64,000 nt of DNA from an uncultured virus (IMG/VR IMGVR_UViG_3300024505_000864) (lineage: Duplodnaviria > Heunggongvirae > Uroviricota > Caudoviricetes): the IMG/VR virus record IMGVR_UViG_3300024505_000864; one strand, given 5' to 3'. Numbering within the stretch: position 1 is the first letter of the stretch; the number at the start of each line of letters is the position of its first letter. The notes under the pieces are model-generated. The model did no database searches, was not told the origin of the DNA, and was given only the letters and a program-made list of their open reading frames with translations. The position numbers and the translations under genes were made by a program. Shown in pieces: positions 28,729 through 38,227 of this stretch.

Positions 28729-29028
28729 TTTTTTCTCCTTAAGGGATTAACATTTTTTATGAAGAGAGTGAAAATGTTAATCCCTCATGACATATTGCCA
28801 TGCAAGTCCCCCGTAGGCATGTGAGTTGCTTGGGAATACTTCTATCAGGATTAACATATATCACTAAGTTAGAGATATACGAACGTGTGAGGTCATTACC
28901 CAACCCATAAGGGTTTCGTGCGGGTATTTGGTTGCTCTTAATGGAGCTCTACTGAGGCATTAATGAGTGAACCAATGGATCACTTAGTAATACGTCTAAG
29001 CTCTAACGGGAGAAAAATCTCCTGTGAT

Positions 29029-29036
29029 TATTTATA
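29029..29036 (-). promoter_or_regulatory. T4-type late promoter for the cassette, about 290 nt leader
   Basis: TATAAATA. Confidence 0.7.
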
Positions 29037-29075
29037 ACAGATTAATAATGGTTTGACTGTTTCATAAAAAAGTGT

Positions 29076-29156
29076 TATAAATATGATAGTCCCTATCGGG
29101 ACGTGTGTGGTCAATACAATACCCCAGAGAAGTCGTGCTCTCTGGGGTATTTTTTT
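29076..29156 (+). ncRNA. Putative divergent small RNA of about 70 nt
   Basis: TATAAATA, GTCCC/GGGAC hairpin, seed, strong terminator with T-run. Confidence 0.6.
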
Positions 29157-29492
29157 ATTATTACATATAAGTTATTCTAATTGTTTTTTAAGAATTTTCA
29201 TAAATTCTCTAATTTTATTAATTCTTTCGGGAACAAAAGAATCTGAGTATCCTTTTTGATGTTCCAAAAGGATATCGTAAACATATTGTACAGTTTCTTT
29301 ATCAGTTTTAATATTCATAAGTTTAATTGTCTATAATGTCTAAAATGTTTCGATTTTCATCAATCAATCGATGCCTTTTACCTGTAGAATTTGCACGAGA
29401 TTGTGCAGTACGATAAGCATCTGCTTCATTATGTTTAGTTTGGTAATGTTTCCAATAACCAAACTGATCTTGATATTCTATATTAATTTTCA

Positions 29493-30371
29493 TTAGTCCG
29501 CAACTAAAAAGTCTATTAGGTTGAGTGTAGATCTTGTTGAATTCTCTGTATCGTAATTTGTTACCAGAAGTTCTGTCTTTACATTATCTTGAGTACCTTT
29601 TTCTCCACGATGAACCATTGAATATCTGAGTTTCCATTCTTTCAAATAATAATCCTTATACCTCTCTAGCAACCATTCATTTACATTATAAGTAATCATA
29701 AATTTGTGAGGACATTGATCTACATCATCAGCAAATCGTTGGTGTGAAAATGTTTCGTGTAATTTTCTGTCCGTTCCGTACAAGAAGTCTTTAATATCAT
29801 AAGGAGGATCAAGAAAGACAAAAACGTCTTCACCCTCTGCATTCATTACCTCCGCATAATCAATATTTGTAATTTTCCAATTTTTAATAATATTAGAAAA
29901 TTGTACAAGTTTTTGTGTTCCAATCAATGAAAAATTGGAACGAGATGCCTGAACTGAAAATGTAGAATTTTCAGTGAGTCCTGAATAAGAACACTTATTC
30001 ATTACAAAAAAAGCAACTGCTTGATTGAATGGATCTAATGACTCTATTTCTTTTTGGTAGTTATTGAATAATTGCTTATGTGCTTCATCATCACCATCTA
30101 CAGATAATTTGATGGAATGTAAAGAATCAGATAATTTTTGACCATTATCACGAAGTTGTACCCAAAAATTATACAAATAATAATATTTGTCATTTACCCA
30201 GATAGGAATATTTGGGTAATTTTGAGATACCAAGAGTGAGATACTACCACCACCCAAGAATGGTTCACGGAACTCTTTAAAATCAGTGGGAAACCAAGGT
30301 GCAAGAGTTTTTAGTGCTTTACTCTTTCCTCCAGGATACCTCAAGCAGGTCTTTAATGGAAATTGCTTCAT
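29493..30371 (-). CDS. dam: DNA adenine methyltransferase (Dam family)
   Basis: RYPGGKS, EPFLGGGS, FLDPPY. Confidence 0.92.
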   Translation of the reverse strand: MKQFPLKTCLRYPGGKSKALKTLAPWFPTDFKEFREPFLGGGSISLLVSQNYPNIPIWVNDKYYYLYNFWVQLRDNGQKLSDSLHSIKLSVDGDDEAHKQLFNNYQKEIESLDPFNQAVAFFVMNKCSYSGLTENSTFSVQASRSNFSLIGTQKLVQFSNIIKNWKITNIDYAEVMNAEGEDVFVFLDPPYDIKDFLYGTDRKLHETFSHQRFADDVDQCPHKFMITYNVNEWLLERYKDYYLKEWKLRYSMVHRGEKGTQDNVKTELLVTNYDTENSTRSTLNLIDFLVAD

Positions 30372-30382
30372 GTTACTATATT

Positions 30383-30625
30383 TTAGTTAGATTCTTGAAT
30401 AGAGATCAAAGTCCCATCTTTGCGAAGACCTGAAATAAACTTACCGAGACTCTCATTTGCATTCACAGTCTCTTCTAATTTTCCAATAAATTCATCCACA
30501 TCATCACATTGAAAATAGTAATACTTATCAGGATTGGCAGTAAATGCAACACCAATCTCTGAATCATCATGATCAAATGAGATCTTTGAAATTGCAGATG
30601 AATTAGTAAATTCAATCAGAGACAT
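30383..30625 (-). CDS. KTSC-like small protein
   Basis: NSSAISKISFD...F...Y.F...SLGKFI. Confidence 0.55.
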   Translation of the reverse strand: MSLIEFTNSSAISKISFDHDDSEIGVAFTANPDKYYYFQCDDVDEFIGKLEETVNANESLGKFISGLRKDGTLISIQESN

Positions 30626-30654
30626 TAACGTGGTTCTCCTTCTTTTGTCTTTTA

Positions 30655-30710
30655 ATTATACCACAATCCGAAAGGATTTGGAAGAGTCATGGACGGTTCA
30701 AAAAGTGTCC
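30655..30710 (-). promoter_or_regulatory. Early promoter module
   Basis: GGACACTT-TTTG-AACCGTCCA + 29 nt + TATAAT. Confidence 0.7.
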
Positions 30711-30721
30711 AGCATTTACTA

Positions 30722-31375
30722 TTAAATAGATTCCTTTTCCAATCTTTTATGTATACCTACAGGACCGAAATTAGGTACACCTAACTTCTGATTCAAATAA
30801 ATGAATGGTTGAATCATCCAACCGACAAAGAATAAGAATGCAATGGTTCCGATACCAAATGCACCACCAAGATACCAACCAACTGAGAAAAGAAGAACCT
30901 CTACAATTCCTTTATATACCCAAAATGGAAGTCCAGTCTTATCTACAAGTGCAATTGCCACAAGATCCATGGCACGAATACCAAAACCACTCATAATAAT
31001 CAAAGCACTTGCTTCAGTGCATAAGAATAGTGCAATAGCAAGTTCTACCCATGAATTAAGTGGTGTTTGTTCTCCAGTAAGGAACAAGAAGAAGTCAATC
31101 AAATATCCACAGAAGAAAAATGTTAGAAATGTGGAAATCGGTGGAACTTTCTTGAAGTTGTAAATGATTGACCAAATGATCAAACATGTAATTGCAAATA
31201 ATGATTGGGTTGTACCAATCAACAATCCTGTATGCTTTCTAACTCCAGTGGTGAATACATCCAGTGGATTTGTTCCCAAATTAGATGCAATAAAGAATGT
31301 TGCACCCAATGAGAACAATACACATCCCAAGATGTATAAAATATACTTAAAGTGTTTTCGAGTTCTGTTTGACAT
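30722..31375 (-). CDS. YczE/YitT-family membrane protein
   Basis: Multiple TM helices; LGTNPLDV...GGAFGIGT. Confidence 0.75.
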   Translation of the reverse strand: MSNRTRKHFKYILYILGCVLFSLGATFFIASNLGTNPLDVFTTGVRKHTGLLIGTTQSLFAITCLIIWSIIYNFKKVPPISTFLTFFFCGYLIDFFLFLTGEQTPLNSWVELAIALFLCTEASALIIMSGFGIRAMDLVAIALVDKTGLPFWVYKGIVEVLLFSVGWYLGGAFGIGTIAFLFFVGWMIQPFIYLNQKLGVPNFGPVGIHKRLEKESI

Positions 31376-31959
31376 TAATCTGGAACTCCACAATGAATAA
31401 ATTTAGTAATTGCAAATCTATAATTTTTTATAACCTCAGTGATCCCATGTCTGATCCATCCAGGAAAAACTACAGTCTTATTATGCTCACTTTTTATTAG
31501 ATAATTATGATTTGGGAAATATAAATCTCCACCTTCCAATTCATCTTTACAAAAAGTAGTAGAAACTAAAACATTTACCCATGTATCTTGATGTGGATCA
31601 TATTTAGTACCTTCACCATAATATCTTAATTTCGTATAATCGGATGATGAATGATCTATTGTATACCAATAGTCATTTTTTTCTATTAATTTTAAAAAAA
31701 GTTCATTACTAAAAATTTTATTTGAAAATGTCAATATGTCAGATATATCTCTATTTCTATAGACATTATCCAAAGTCATCCCATAAGAATTTGTCATAAA
31801 ACTTCCATCTGGGTTTTTTGCACCAGCAAAAACTGTTGGATCTGAAAGTTTAGGAAATAAAAATTCAATTTCTTTCCAAATTAACCCACATTCATCTTCA
31901 TTAAAATAATTTTCAATTATAATATGAGGAAATGGATCATTATTAATTTCAATATTCAT
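31375..31959 (-). CDS. 2OG-Fe(II) oxygenase (prolyl-hydroxylase-like)
   Basis: PFPH...HQD...GGDLYF...H...RFAI. Confidence 0.85.
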   Translation of the reverse strand: MNIEINNDPFPHIIIENYFNEDECGLIWKEIEFLFPKLSDPTVFAGAKNPDGSFMTNSYGMTLDNVYRNRDISDILTFSNKIFSNELFLKLIEKNDYWYTIDHSSSDYTKLRYYGEGTKYDPHQDTWVNVLVSTTFCKDELEGGDLYFPNHNYLIKSEHNKTVVFPGWIRHGITEVIKNYRFAITKFIHCGVPD

Positions 31960-31967
31960 TTTTACTT

Positions 31968-32378
31968 TTATTTATTGAGCATCCCTCGCATACCAGTTGC
32001 AGCAACAAAACTCTCAAGACCTTTGTTGATTGGACGCACTTTGATGTAAATCTCATCAGGAACTTCACCAAAGAATCCCTGCAACCAAGGGCACAACCAA
32101 ACAGGAACACACATTGTGGTATCAGTATAAGTTGTCCCTTCTTCATCAGACACTTCTTTCACAAGAAGAGTATCATAATCAGCAGGTTCTTCAAGGAAGA
32201 GAGAAATCTCAACTTCATCACCTTCAATCGGATACTTTCCAGTCTTGAAGTAGCAATGCTCATCAATTGCTTCTTCAGTTCCATTCATCAGCAGTTCTTC
32301 AACTGTGTCATTATGGGGATGGTCAAAGTGATACAGACCATCTTCACGTTTGATTGCTACAATTTTTAGATTTTTCAT
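31968..32378 (-). CDS. Hypothetical protein (WLCPWL...F..VP..IY motif)
   Basis: ORF track, start adjusted to MKNLK. Confidence 0.7.
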   Translation of the reverse strand: MKNLKIVAIKREDGLYHFDHPHNDTVEELLMNGTEEAIDEHCYFKTGKYPIEGDEVEISLFLEEPADYDTLLVKEVSDEEGTTYTDTTMCVPVWLCPWLQGFFGEVPDEIYIKVRPINKGLESFVAATGMRGMLNK

Positions 32379-32496
32379 TGAATTAACATTTGTATAGAAA
32401 AATTTTAGCACAGAAGTAAGTCCTTTTGGTGTCCAATTAGGGCAGTTTTTTGATTGACCCTCTCCCCAAAGACCAACCAAATCCTGGATTTTCTGT

Positions 32497-32553
32497 AGTA
32501 TAGCACAAAAAAAAGACCCCTTGCAGGGTCTGGGGACAGTTTATGGAGTGTCT
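32497..32553 (-). promoter_or_regulatory. Early promoter module
   Basis: GACACTC-CATA-AACTGTCCC + 30 nt + TATACT. Confidence 0.65.
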
Positions 32554-33953
32554 CACTGGGGCATTGGTTTTCCAGGAGTTCTACTTCTAGCAACTTGAGA
32601 ATTATATCTCCTTCTTTCATCTCCAGTTGGACCTGCACCTTGTCTTGGTTGCATACCACCTACACCACGGTCAATATGAGTATCACCTTGTTTAATTTTC
32701 TCCCTCTGACCTGGAGTTGTAGTTGTAAATGTCCCAGGAACTGGTTTATTTGGACCTACTCCAATATCAGTTCCAGGAATACTTAATGATGGTCTAACTT
32801 TCACTGAACCAGGAACTCCACCTTTCATAGCAATAACTTCTGCTTCGATAATTGTTTGTCTCCACTCTTCACTCATATTTGCCATAATGACTAATGCATT
32901 TTCATTAGTATCTGCATATCCTTCTGCAACCAGATACTCAAGAATAACATCAAACAAATCTGGTTCATATGAATTAGCAAGATTCTTTTTACCTTGTGCA
33001 ATTACCTGGTCTTTAGTCATACCAGTTGCTTTCATCTTTGCGGCACCACCACCAGCAGCAAAATCATCCATTGGTTTTTTTGGTGTAGATTGCTGTTGAG
33101 CAGGTTTGTTTATTCTATTTGAGAAATCTTGTTGTGCTTTTGCTTGCTTTGCTTTTTGTCCTGCATAAAGAACATCACTTACACTGCTTCCCTTTTTCAG
33201 TGCTGCTTGTCCACCACCTGCTTTGAGTCCTGCATATCCACCTCTATCAGAAAATTGCTTTGAACCAATCTGATTTGAAGCATATGCATTTCTTTGGGCA
33301 CTTGTAGTGAAACGACTATTTGGATTTATTGCCATTTCATCAATCTCATAATCATAGTCTTGCTTCAAGACATTACCAAGAGTTTCCTTTGCCTTATCAT
33401 ACATTCCCTGTGCTTGATTTCTTCCCCTTCTTCCACCTTCATTCTTAATAACATCACCAATAATAGGAACATTTGCACCAGGGACACTCTTTGCTTTTTC
33501 TCTGCCAATTACCTCACCAACTCTGCCTGCAGTATCTCTAGCAGCTTTATCTAATGAACCAAGGAGTCCACCAGCAGGTTTTGGTGCTTGTGCTACTGGT
33601 CCTGTTGGTCTTGGAGTTGTTACTGGACCACCAGGAGTTCTTACAGGTCCACCAGGAGTTCTAACTTGTCCACTGCCAGTAGTTGTTGGTTTTCTATCAA
33701 ATCTTGGATCAAACCCACCTCTTGCACTTACATCTCTACTTCTTATATCTTCTTCAATTTCTTCACCTTCTGGTTCATAAGCAGCATTTTGCAGTGTTGA
33801 TTTGGGAGTATATACCTTCTCTCCCTTTGGAATCATTTTTTGCAATTGATTCTTTGCATCACGGTCAGATGCACTCTTTAGAGGAACACCAATCTGCTGC
33901 TCATAAACATTAGTATATGCTTCGTAGAGATTGCGTAAGTCTTGGGAATCCAT
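32553..33953 (-). CDS. Low-complexity basic protein with acidic linkers, putative internal virion protein
   Basis: LYEAYxxVYE N-terminus, YEPEGEEIEE-type linkers, late promoter upstream. Confidence 0.6.
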   Translation of the reverse strand: MDSQDLRNLYEAYTNVYEQQIGVPLKSASDRDAKNQLQKMIPKGEKVYTPKSTLQNAAYEPEGEEIEEDIRSRDVSARGGFDPRFDRKPTTTGSGQVRTPGGPVRTPGGPVTTPRPTGPVAQAPKPAGGLLGSLDKAARDTAGRVGEVIGREKAKSVPGANVPIIGDVIKNEGGRRGRNQAQGMYDKAKETLGNVLKQDYDYEIDEMAINPNSRFTTSAQRNAYASNQIGSKQFSDRGGYAGLKAGGGQAALKKGSSVSDVLYAGQKAKQAKAQQDFSNRINKPAQQQSTPKKPMDDFAAGGGAAKMKATGMTKDQVIAQGKKNLANSYEPDLFDVILEYLVAEGYADTNENALVIMANMSEEWRQTIIEAEVIAMKGGVPGSVKVRPSLSIPGTDIGVGPNKPVPGTFTTTTPGQREKIKQGDTHIDRGVGGMQPRQGAGPTGDERRRYNSQVARSRTPGKPMPQ

Positions 33954-33969
33954 ATTTATAGTTTTTTAT

Positions 33970-34668
33970 TTATTTAGGTTTAGTCCATCCTTTATGTTGT
34001 TTTTGTTTTCCACATAAAACTCTACGAATACAACTATAATTTAAATTATTTTCAATACAAAATTTAGTAAGATTAACTTCTTCTACTATATTTCCATCTG
34101 GACTAATAATTTTAAATTTCTTCCAAAAATGTGGTTTGGATTTTCCTTTATGTAAATCACTTAACTTTTTTCTAGTTTCTTCAGTAAAAACTTGATTTGC
34201 TCTCTTTTCTTTTATTTTTCGTTTTGCTTCTTCGGTATGCTTTATTCCAGTTCTTCCTTTTTTTATTTTTTCTATAACTTCTGGGGGTCTCTTTTTACCT
34301 ATTAATGCTTTACTTATTTTCAATTTTGTTTCATCAGTAAATTTTTGAAGTGCTCTTTTTTCTTTAATTTTTTGTTTAGTTTCTTCACTCATATTACAGA
34401 CACCATCACCACCATTAGTTTTGTTCTGTAAAATTCCCATTCCCAAATCTTTCCTTCCATAAACAGAAATCATATAAATCTCGTGCTTATAGGCATTTTC
34501 TGCTGTAATATTCTTTTTAAGAAAAATTATTCTAGATTTATCTTTCGGGGGCTTAATATCTGTTGCTTTTCTTTTATGTATTCTATTCCCACTACCTTTA
34601 CCTATGTAGTAAGGTGTTCTATCTTCACGCAAATATGCATAGGTATAAAATCGGTTAGGATTTACCAT
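33970..34668 (-). mobile_element. Free-standing GIY-YIG-like homing endonuclease with NUMOD3 repeats
   Basis: MVNPNRFYTYAYLR...PYYIGKG; repeated [H/F]TEE.K.KI motifs. Confidence 0.85.
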
Positions 34669-34705
34669 TTCTACTCTTAAATTGGTTCGCAATAGTATTT
34701 ATACA

Positions 34706-34772
34706 AGAAAAGGAGCATTTCTGCTCCTCCTCTACCTTAAAGATGCGAACCAATTAAGGCATTACTATTTAT
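34706..34772 (-). ncRNA. Putative small RNA antisense to the endonuclease 5' UTR
   Basis: ATAAATA, stem-loop 34734-34760, terminator 34708-34728; loop complements 34676-34691. Confidence 0.55.
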
Positions 34773-35616
34773 CAACTGCTCCAGTCATTAGTCCCGTTTT
34801 GTTGCTCTTATCACTGCTTCTCTTGCCAAACACTTTCTTATAAAGTTTTGCTCTCTTTGCTACTCCAGTCTTTTGATCTTCACCAGACATCACTGCTGTT
34901 GGTTTTCCAACTACAGTCTCACCTTTCTTTGCACCTGCTCTCTTGAGATGCTTTGGAGTATCTTTTAGTGCTTGAATAAAGTTTCTACCTCTTTCCATTT
35001 GATTATCTGGGTCACCTTTTCCGACATCACTATCACGGTGCATAATATCTACAGTATGAACTGGACCTCTCTTATTAGCACCTGATTTAGAGATTTGCTT
35101 TTTCAAATCCTTTACTCTTCTTACACTTTCACTTGAAGGTGCAGTTTTCAATCTAGTCATTCCAGTTGGAGTTTTTCCTGCTGTTTTGAACTTACGGATT
35201 AACTGTTCTCCCTTTGCTGCTTTTCTTGCTGATGCGTGAGTACGAATGTAATGATCCTGCTCGGTGCTGCCATAATCATCTTCAGTATCTTCACTATCAT
35301 AAGTTGTGTAGTCTTTTGCTTTGGTTCTCAAATCTTTGGTGGAATACTTACCAGTTCCTTTGAGTCCTGCTTTCTTTGCAATCGCAGCAGTAGATCTTTC
35401 TTGCCTTGTCATATCAGCACCACGACCACGAGCAAGAGTTACCTTGCCTCGTGTTCTTCTACCACTTCTTTCACCAGTTGAACTCTCTTCAAGTTCTTCA
35501 ATATCTTCTTTCACACAACGATTATAAGTCTTCCCAAAGAGTTTTTGTGTCCCTTTCTTCTTATAACCAGGCCAGCACTTTTTTGCTTCAGAAATAAATT
35601 CCTGATATGTCTTCAT
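34765..35616 (-). CDS. Putative internal head protein with T4 capsid-targeting sequence
   Basis: N-terminus MKTYQEFISEA; very basic. Confidence 0.7.
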   Translation of the reverse strand: MKTYQEFISEAKKCWPGYKKKGTQKLFGKTYNRCVKEDIEELEESSTGERSGRRTRGKVTLARGRGADMTRQERSTAAIAKKAGLKGTGKYSTKDLRTKAKDYTTYDSEDTEDDYGSTEQDHYIRTHASARKAAKGEQLIRKFKTAGKTPTGMTRLKTAPSSESVRRVKDLKKQISKSGANKRGPVHTVDIMHRDSDVGKGDPDNQMERGRNFIQALKDTPKHLKRAGAKKGETVVGKPTAVMSGEDQKTGVAKRAKLYKKVFGKRSSDKSNKTGLMTGAVDK

Positions 35617-36086
35617 TGTCCACCACCCATTGAACGTGATCTTTGTGCTCTCTTCAATGCAACTTTATATTCTGGGGATGGACCTGAACCAATAGGTCTT
35701 TCTCCTTTTTCTCTCTTTGCTCTTTCTATTTTTTGTTGTTCCAACTTACCAACACCTCTCTTTCTTCCAGGTGCTTCTGCACCACTTCCACCACCTCCAT
35801 GTGCATGTCTCTTATAAGTTCCAAGAACTTCATAACGAGAAGCATAGGGATTAGTTGCAGTGTCAATCATCCCTTGTTTAGTTCTACCTAATGATGCTTC
35901 ACGAGATACAGTTTTCTTTTCTGACTTTTTTAATTTCCACTTTGTATCACTACCTTCAGGTTGTCTTTCAACTCTAGCAGACTTTACAGTTGTATAAAGA
36001 GGAGTCTTTTTCTTTCCAGCAACTTTATCTTCTTTACGCATTTCGTAAAGATGTGCTTCTTCTAGAAACTCTTTAAAGGTCTTCAT
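35613..36086 (-). CDS. Putative internal head protein
   Basis: N-terminus MKTFKEFLEEA; basic. Confidence 0.7.
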   Translation of the reverse strand: MKTFKEFLEEAHLYEMRKEDKVAGKKKTPLYTTVKSARVERQPEGSDTKWKLKKSEKKTVSREASLGRTKQGMIDTATNPYASRYEVLGTYKRHAHGGGGSGAEAPGRKRGVGKLEQQKIERAKREKGERPIGSGPSPEYKVALKRAQRSRSMGGGQ

Positions 36087-36113
36087 CTTTTTATAACTTT
36101 TATTTTTATTTAT

Positions 36114-37133
36114 CTAGGATTTTGCTTTTGCTTTTTTCTTTTGTCTTCTCACTGCTGCAGAAAGAAGTTCTTTATGAGGAATTGAACCAGAAACAATATC
36201 TTTTGTTTTTGATTCTATTTCATGTGCTCCACCCTTTCTATGATAAATTCCAGGTTTATCTGAAGGATCAGTAGATCTCTTAGCACCCATTATATTTCTT
36301 GGATGATGTCCATGATAAACCCCTTGCGAAGCATCTTTTTTTACTCGTTCTTTCCACTCTGCATCACTCATAGATGACTTCAATTTTGAAGAATAATGTA
36401 GTGGAGTAATATGATGTGCTTCTAATCCTTTAGACTTCAATTTTCTTATTTTAGTATCTGCAGTTCTTCTTTCTTCACTCGAACTTAAATTTTCAATTCT
36501 TTCTTTTCTTCTTCCTCTTTCACCTACACCTCCAGATTTAGGTTTAAGTCTCCATTTTGGATTTTCAGTGCTGCCAGCATTATTAGCATAATAACCTGAT
36601 GGAATCCCACCATGATGTTTTTCTAATTCAGATCTACTTGAAAAATATCTCTGTGCTTCAATTAAATATACTTCTTCAAAAAACTCTTTAAATGTTTTTT
36701 TCTTATTTCCCCAATTCTTTGCTCCTACTTTTCTACACTTAACTAATGCTCCAGAAGCATAAGCACTTGGCCATACACTATAACGAGATTTTACTTTATG
36801 ATAACATGCATCTTTTTCTTCAGTTGCAACCATTTTTGCTTTCCCTCTCTTATTTGGGTCTGGATCTTGACGATTCTTACGTTCAAAAGCTTTCTGCTCT
36901 TCTTCATCAGAAAGTGCTGCTTTCATCTTGCTAGAACCACACTTCGGTTTTGTAGTTTGTCCTGGTTGTTTTGCACAAGGTTTTCCTGCATATCTTCCAC
37001 CCAACTGAACCCAACCAGGTTTACCATCTGATGACTTACTTTTAGTAAACCAATCATGAAGAGAATAATCTCCAGATTTTCTACCTTCATAGATATTATC
37101 AAAATCTAAAAAAAACTCTCTAAAACCTTTCAT
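36114..37133 (-). CDS. Putative internal head polyprotein with C-terminal HNH-like domain
   Basis: MKGFREFF, internal KKTFKEFFEE, EAHHITP...N...H...H. Confidence 0.6.
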   Translation of the reverse strand: MKGFREFFLDFDNIYEGRKSGDYSLHDWFTKSKSSDGKPGWVQLGGRYAGKPCAKQPGQTTKPKCGSSKMKAALSDEEEQKAFERKNRQDPDPNKRGKAKMVATEEKDACYHKVKSRYSVWPSAYASGALVKCRKVGAKNWGNKKKTFKEFFEEVYLIEAQRYFSSRSELEKHHGGIPSGYYANNAGSTENPKWRLKPKSGGVGERGRRKERIENLSSSEERRTADTKIRKLKSKGLEAHHITPLHYSSKLKSSMSDAEWKERVKKDASQGVYHGHHPRNIMGAKRSTDPSDKPGIYHRKGGAHEIESKTKDIVSGSIPHKELLSAAVRRQKKKAKAKS

Positions 37134-38227
37134 ATTCTAATATCTTTTAAAATATTTAGTAATTTGTAGGTTTTTCTTGATTTGAATAATCTCCTTTTCC
37201 AACAAGGGACTGGACAAATAATTCAGTAAATTTTTCCATTTTATCTGGATGTACTGATGCTGGATTGTATGAAATTGCATCCTTAAGTGCTACAAGTTCT
37301 TCCCAATCGTTGTTTTTCATTTTTGTCAGGGTTTCAAAACATTCCTACTATATTTAGAACAAAATCATAGAAATTGCAAGGGTTTTAGAGGGGTTTAACA
37401 ATCTCTAAAGATTTTAAAAATCATTCAAAATTGATAATTTCTTGATTCTGATAAAATTCCCATAATGCATTATGTAAATTTGAGAGATCCATAATCCAAA
37501 ATCCTTGGGGATAAATTCCTAATTCTTTCTGCAATTGTCTATGTGAACAACCAGATTTCTCTGCTTCACATGCGATTTCAATTACTGCTTGAACTGCAGA
37601 AAACCTATCCTCATCTGATAGATTTTTATACCACTCTAAAGATTTTTCCCTACGTTCTTTTATCAAATTTTGCAAATTTTCTAGGTTTTTTTCAACCTTC
37701 TCTATAACTTCAACTTTAGATTCAGAGTCCATCATTAGAAAATTCCTCCAAAGAAATCCTTTCCATCTTTGCTACTAAATTTTTCTTCAACTTTATCCAT
37801 AAATTTATCAGTTTTAATCAAAGAATCGATTCTATAAATAAGATCCGAAATTTCTCTGGAAACAAAAGGTTTTTCTTGCCTTGCAGCATATGCTAATGCA
37901 TTTCTTAGACATTGTTCTGCTTCCTTTAGTGATCCTTCTACTGATTGGGAAAGTGCCATTATTCCATTCTCCGATAATGATTTTGCAATACTTCAATTAA
38001 TCTAGCAGTAATTTCTTTATTTAACAAGATTTCTGAAAATGCTCCAGAATTATAACTAGATCTTTTACCTAAAATATAGTTAAAAGCATACTTTAACCTA
38101 TTCCAAAACCCAACATCAGACAAATGAACTTCTACATATAGATCATTATAATCTTCATCATCATCGAAAGAAGTAATAATAAATTGATGATCTACACTAC
38201 CACAAGAACATACAAACAATTCTTGTT

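Noticed and set aside
28740..29028. Hammerhead or other known ribozyme in the cassette leader
   Set aside because: CTGATAG and CGAAAC are present but do not match the CUGANGA...GAAA order or stems; kept only as a structured leader.
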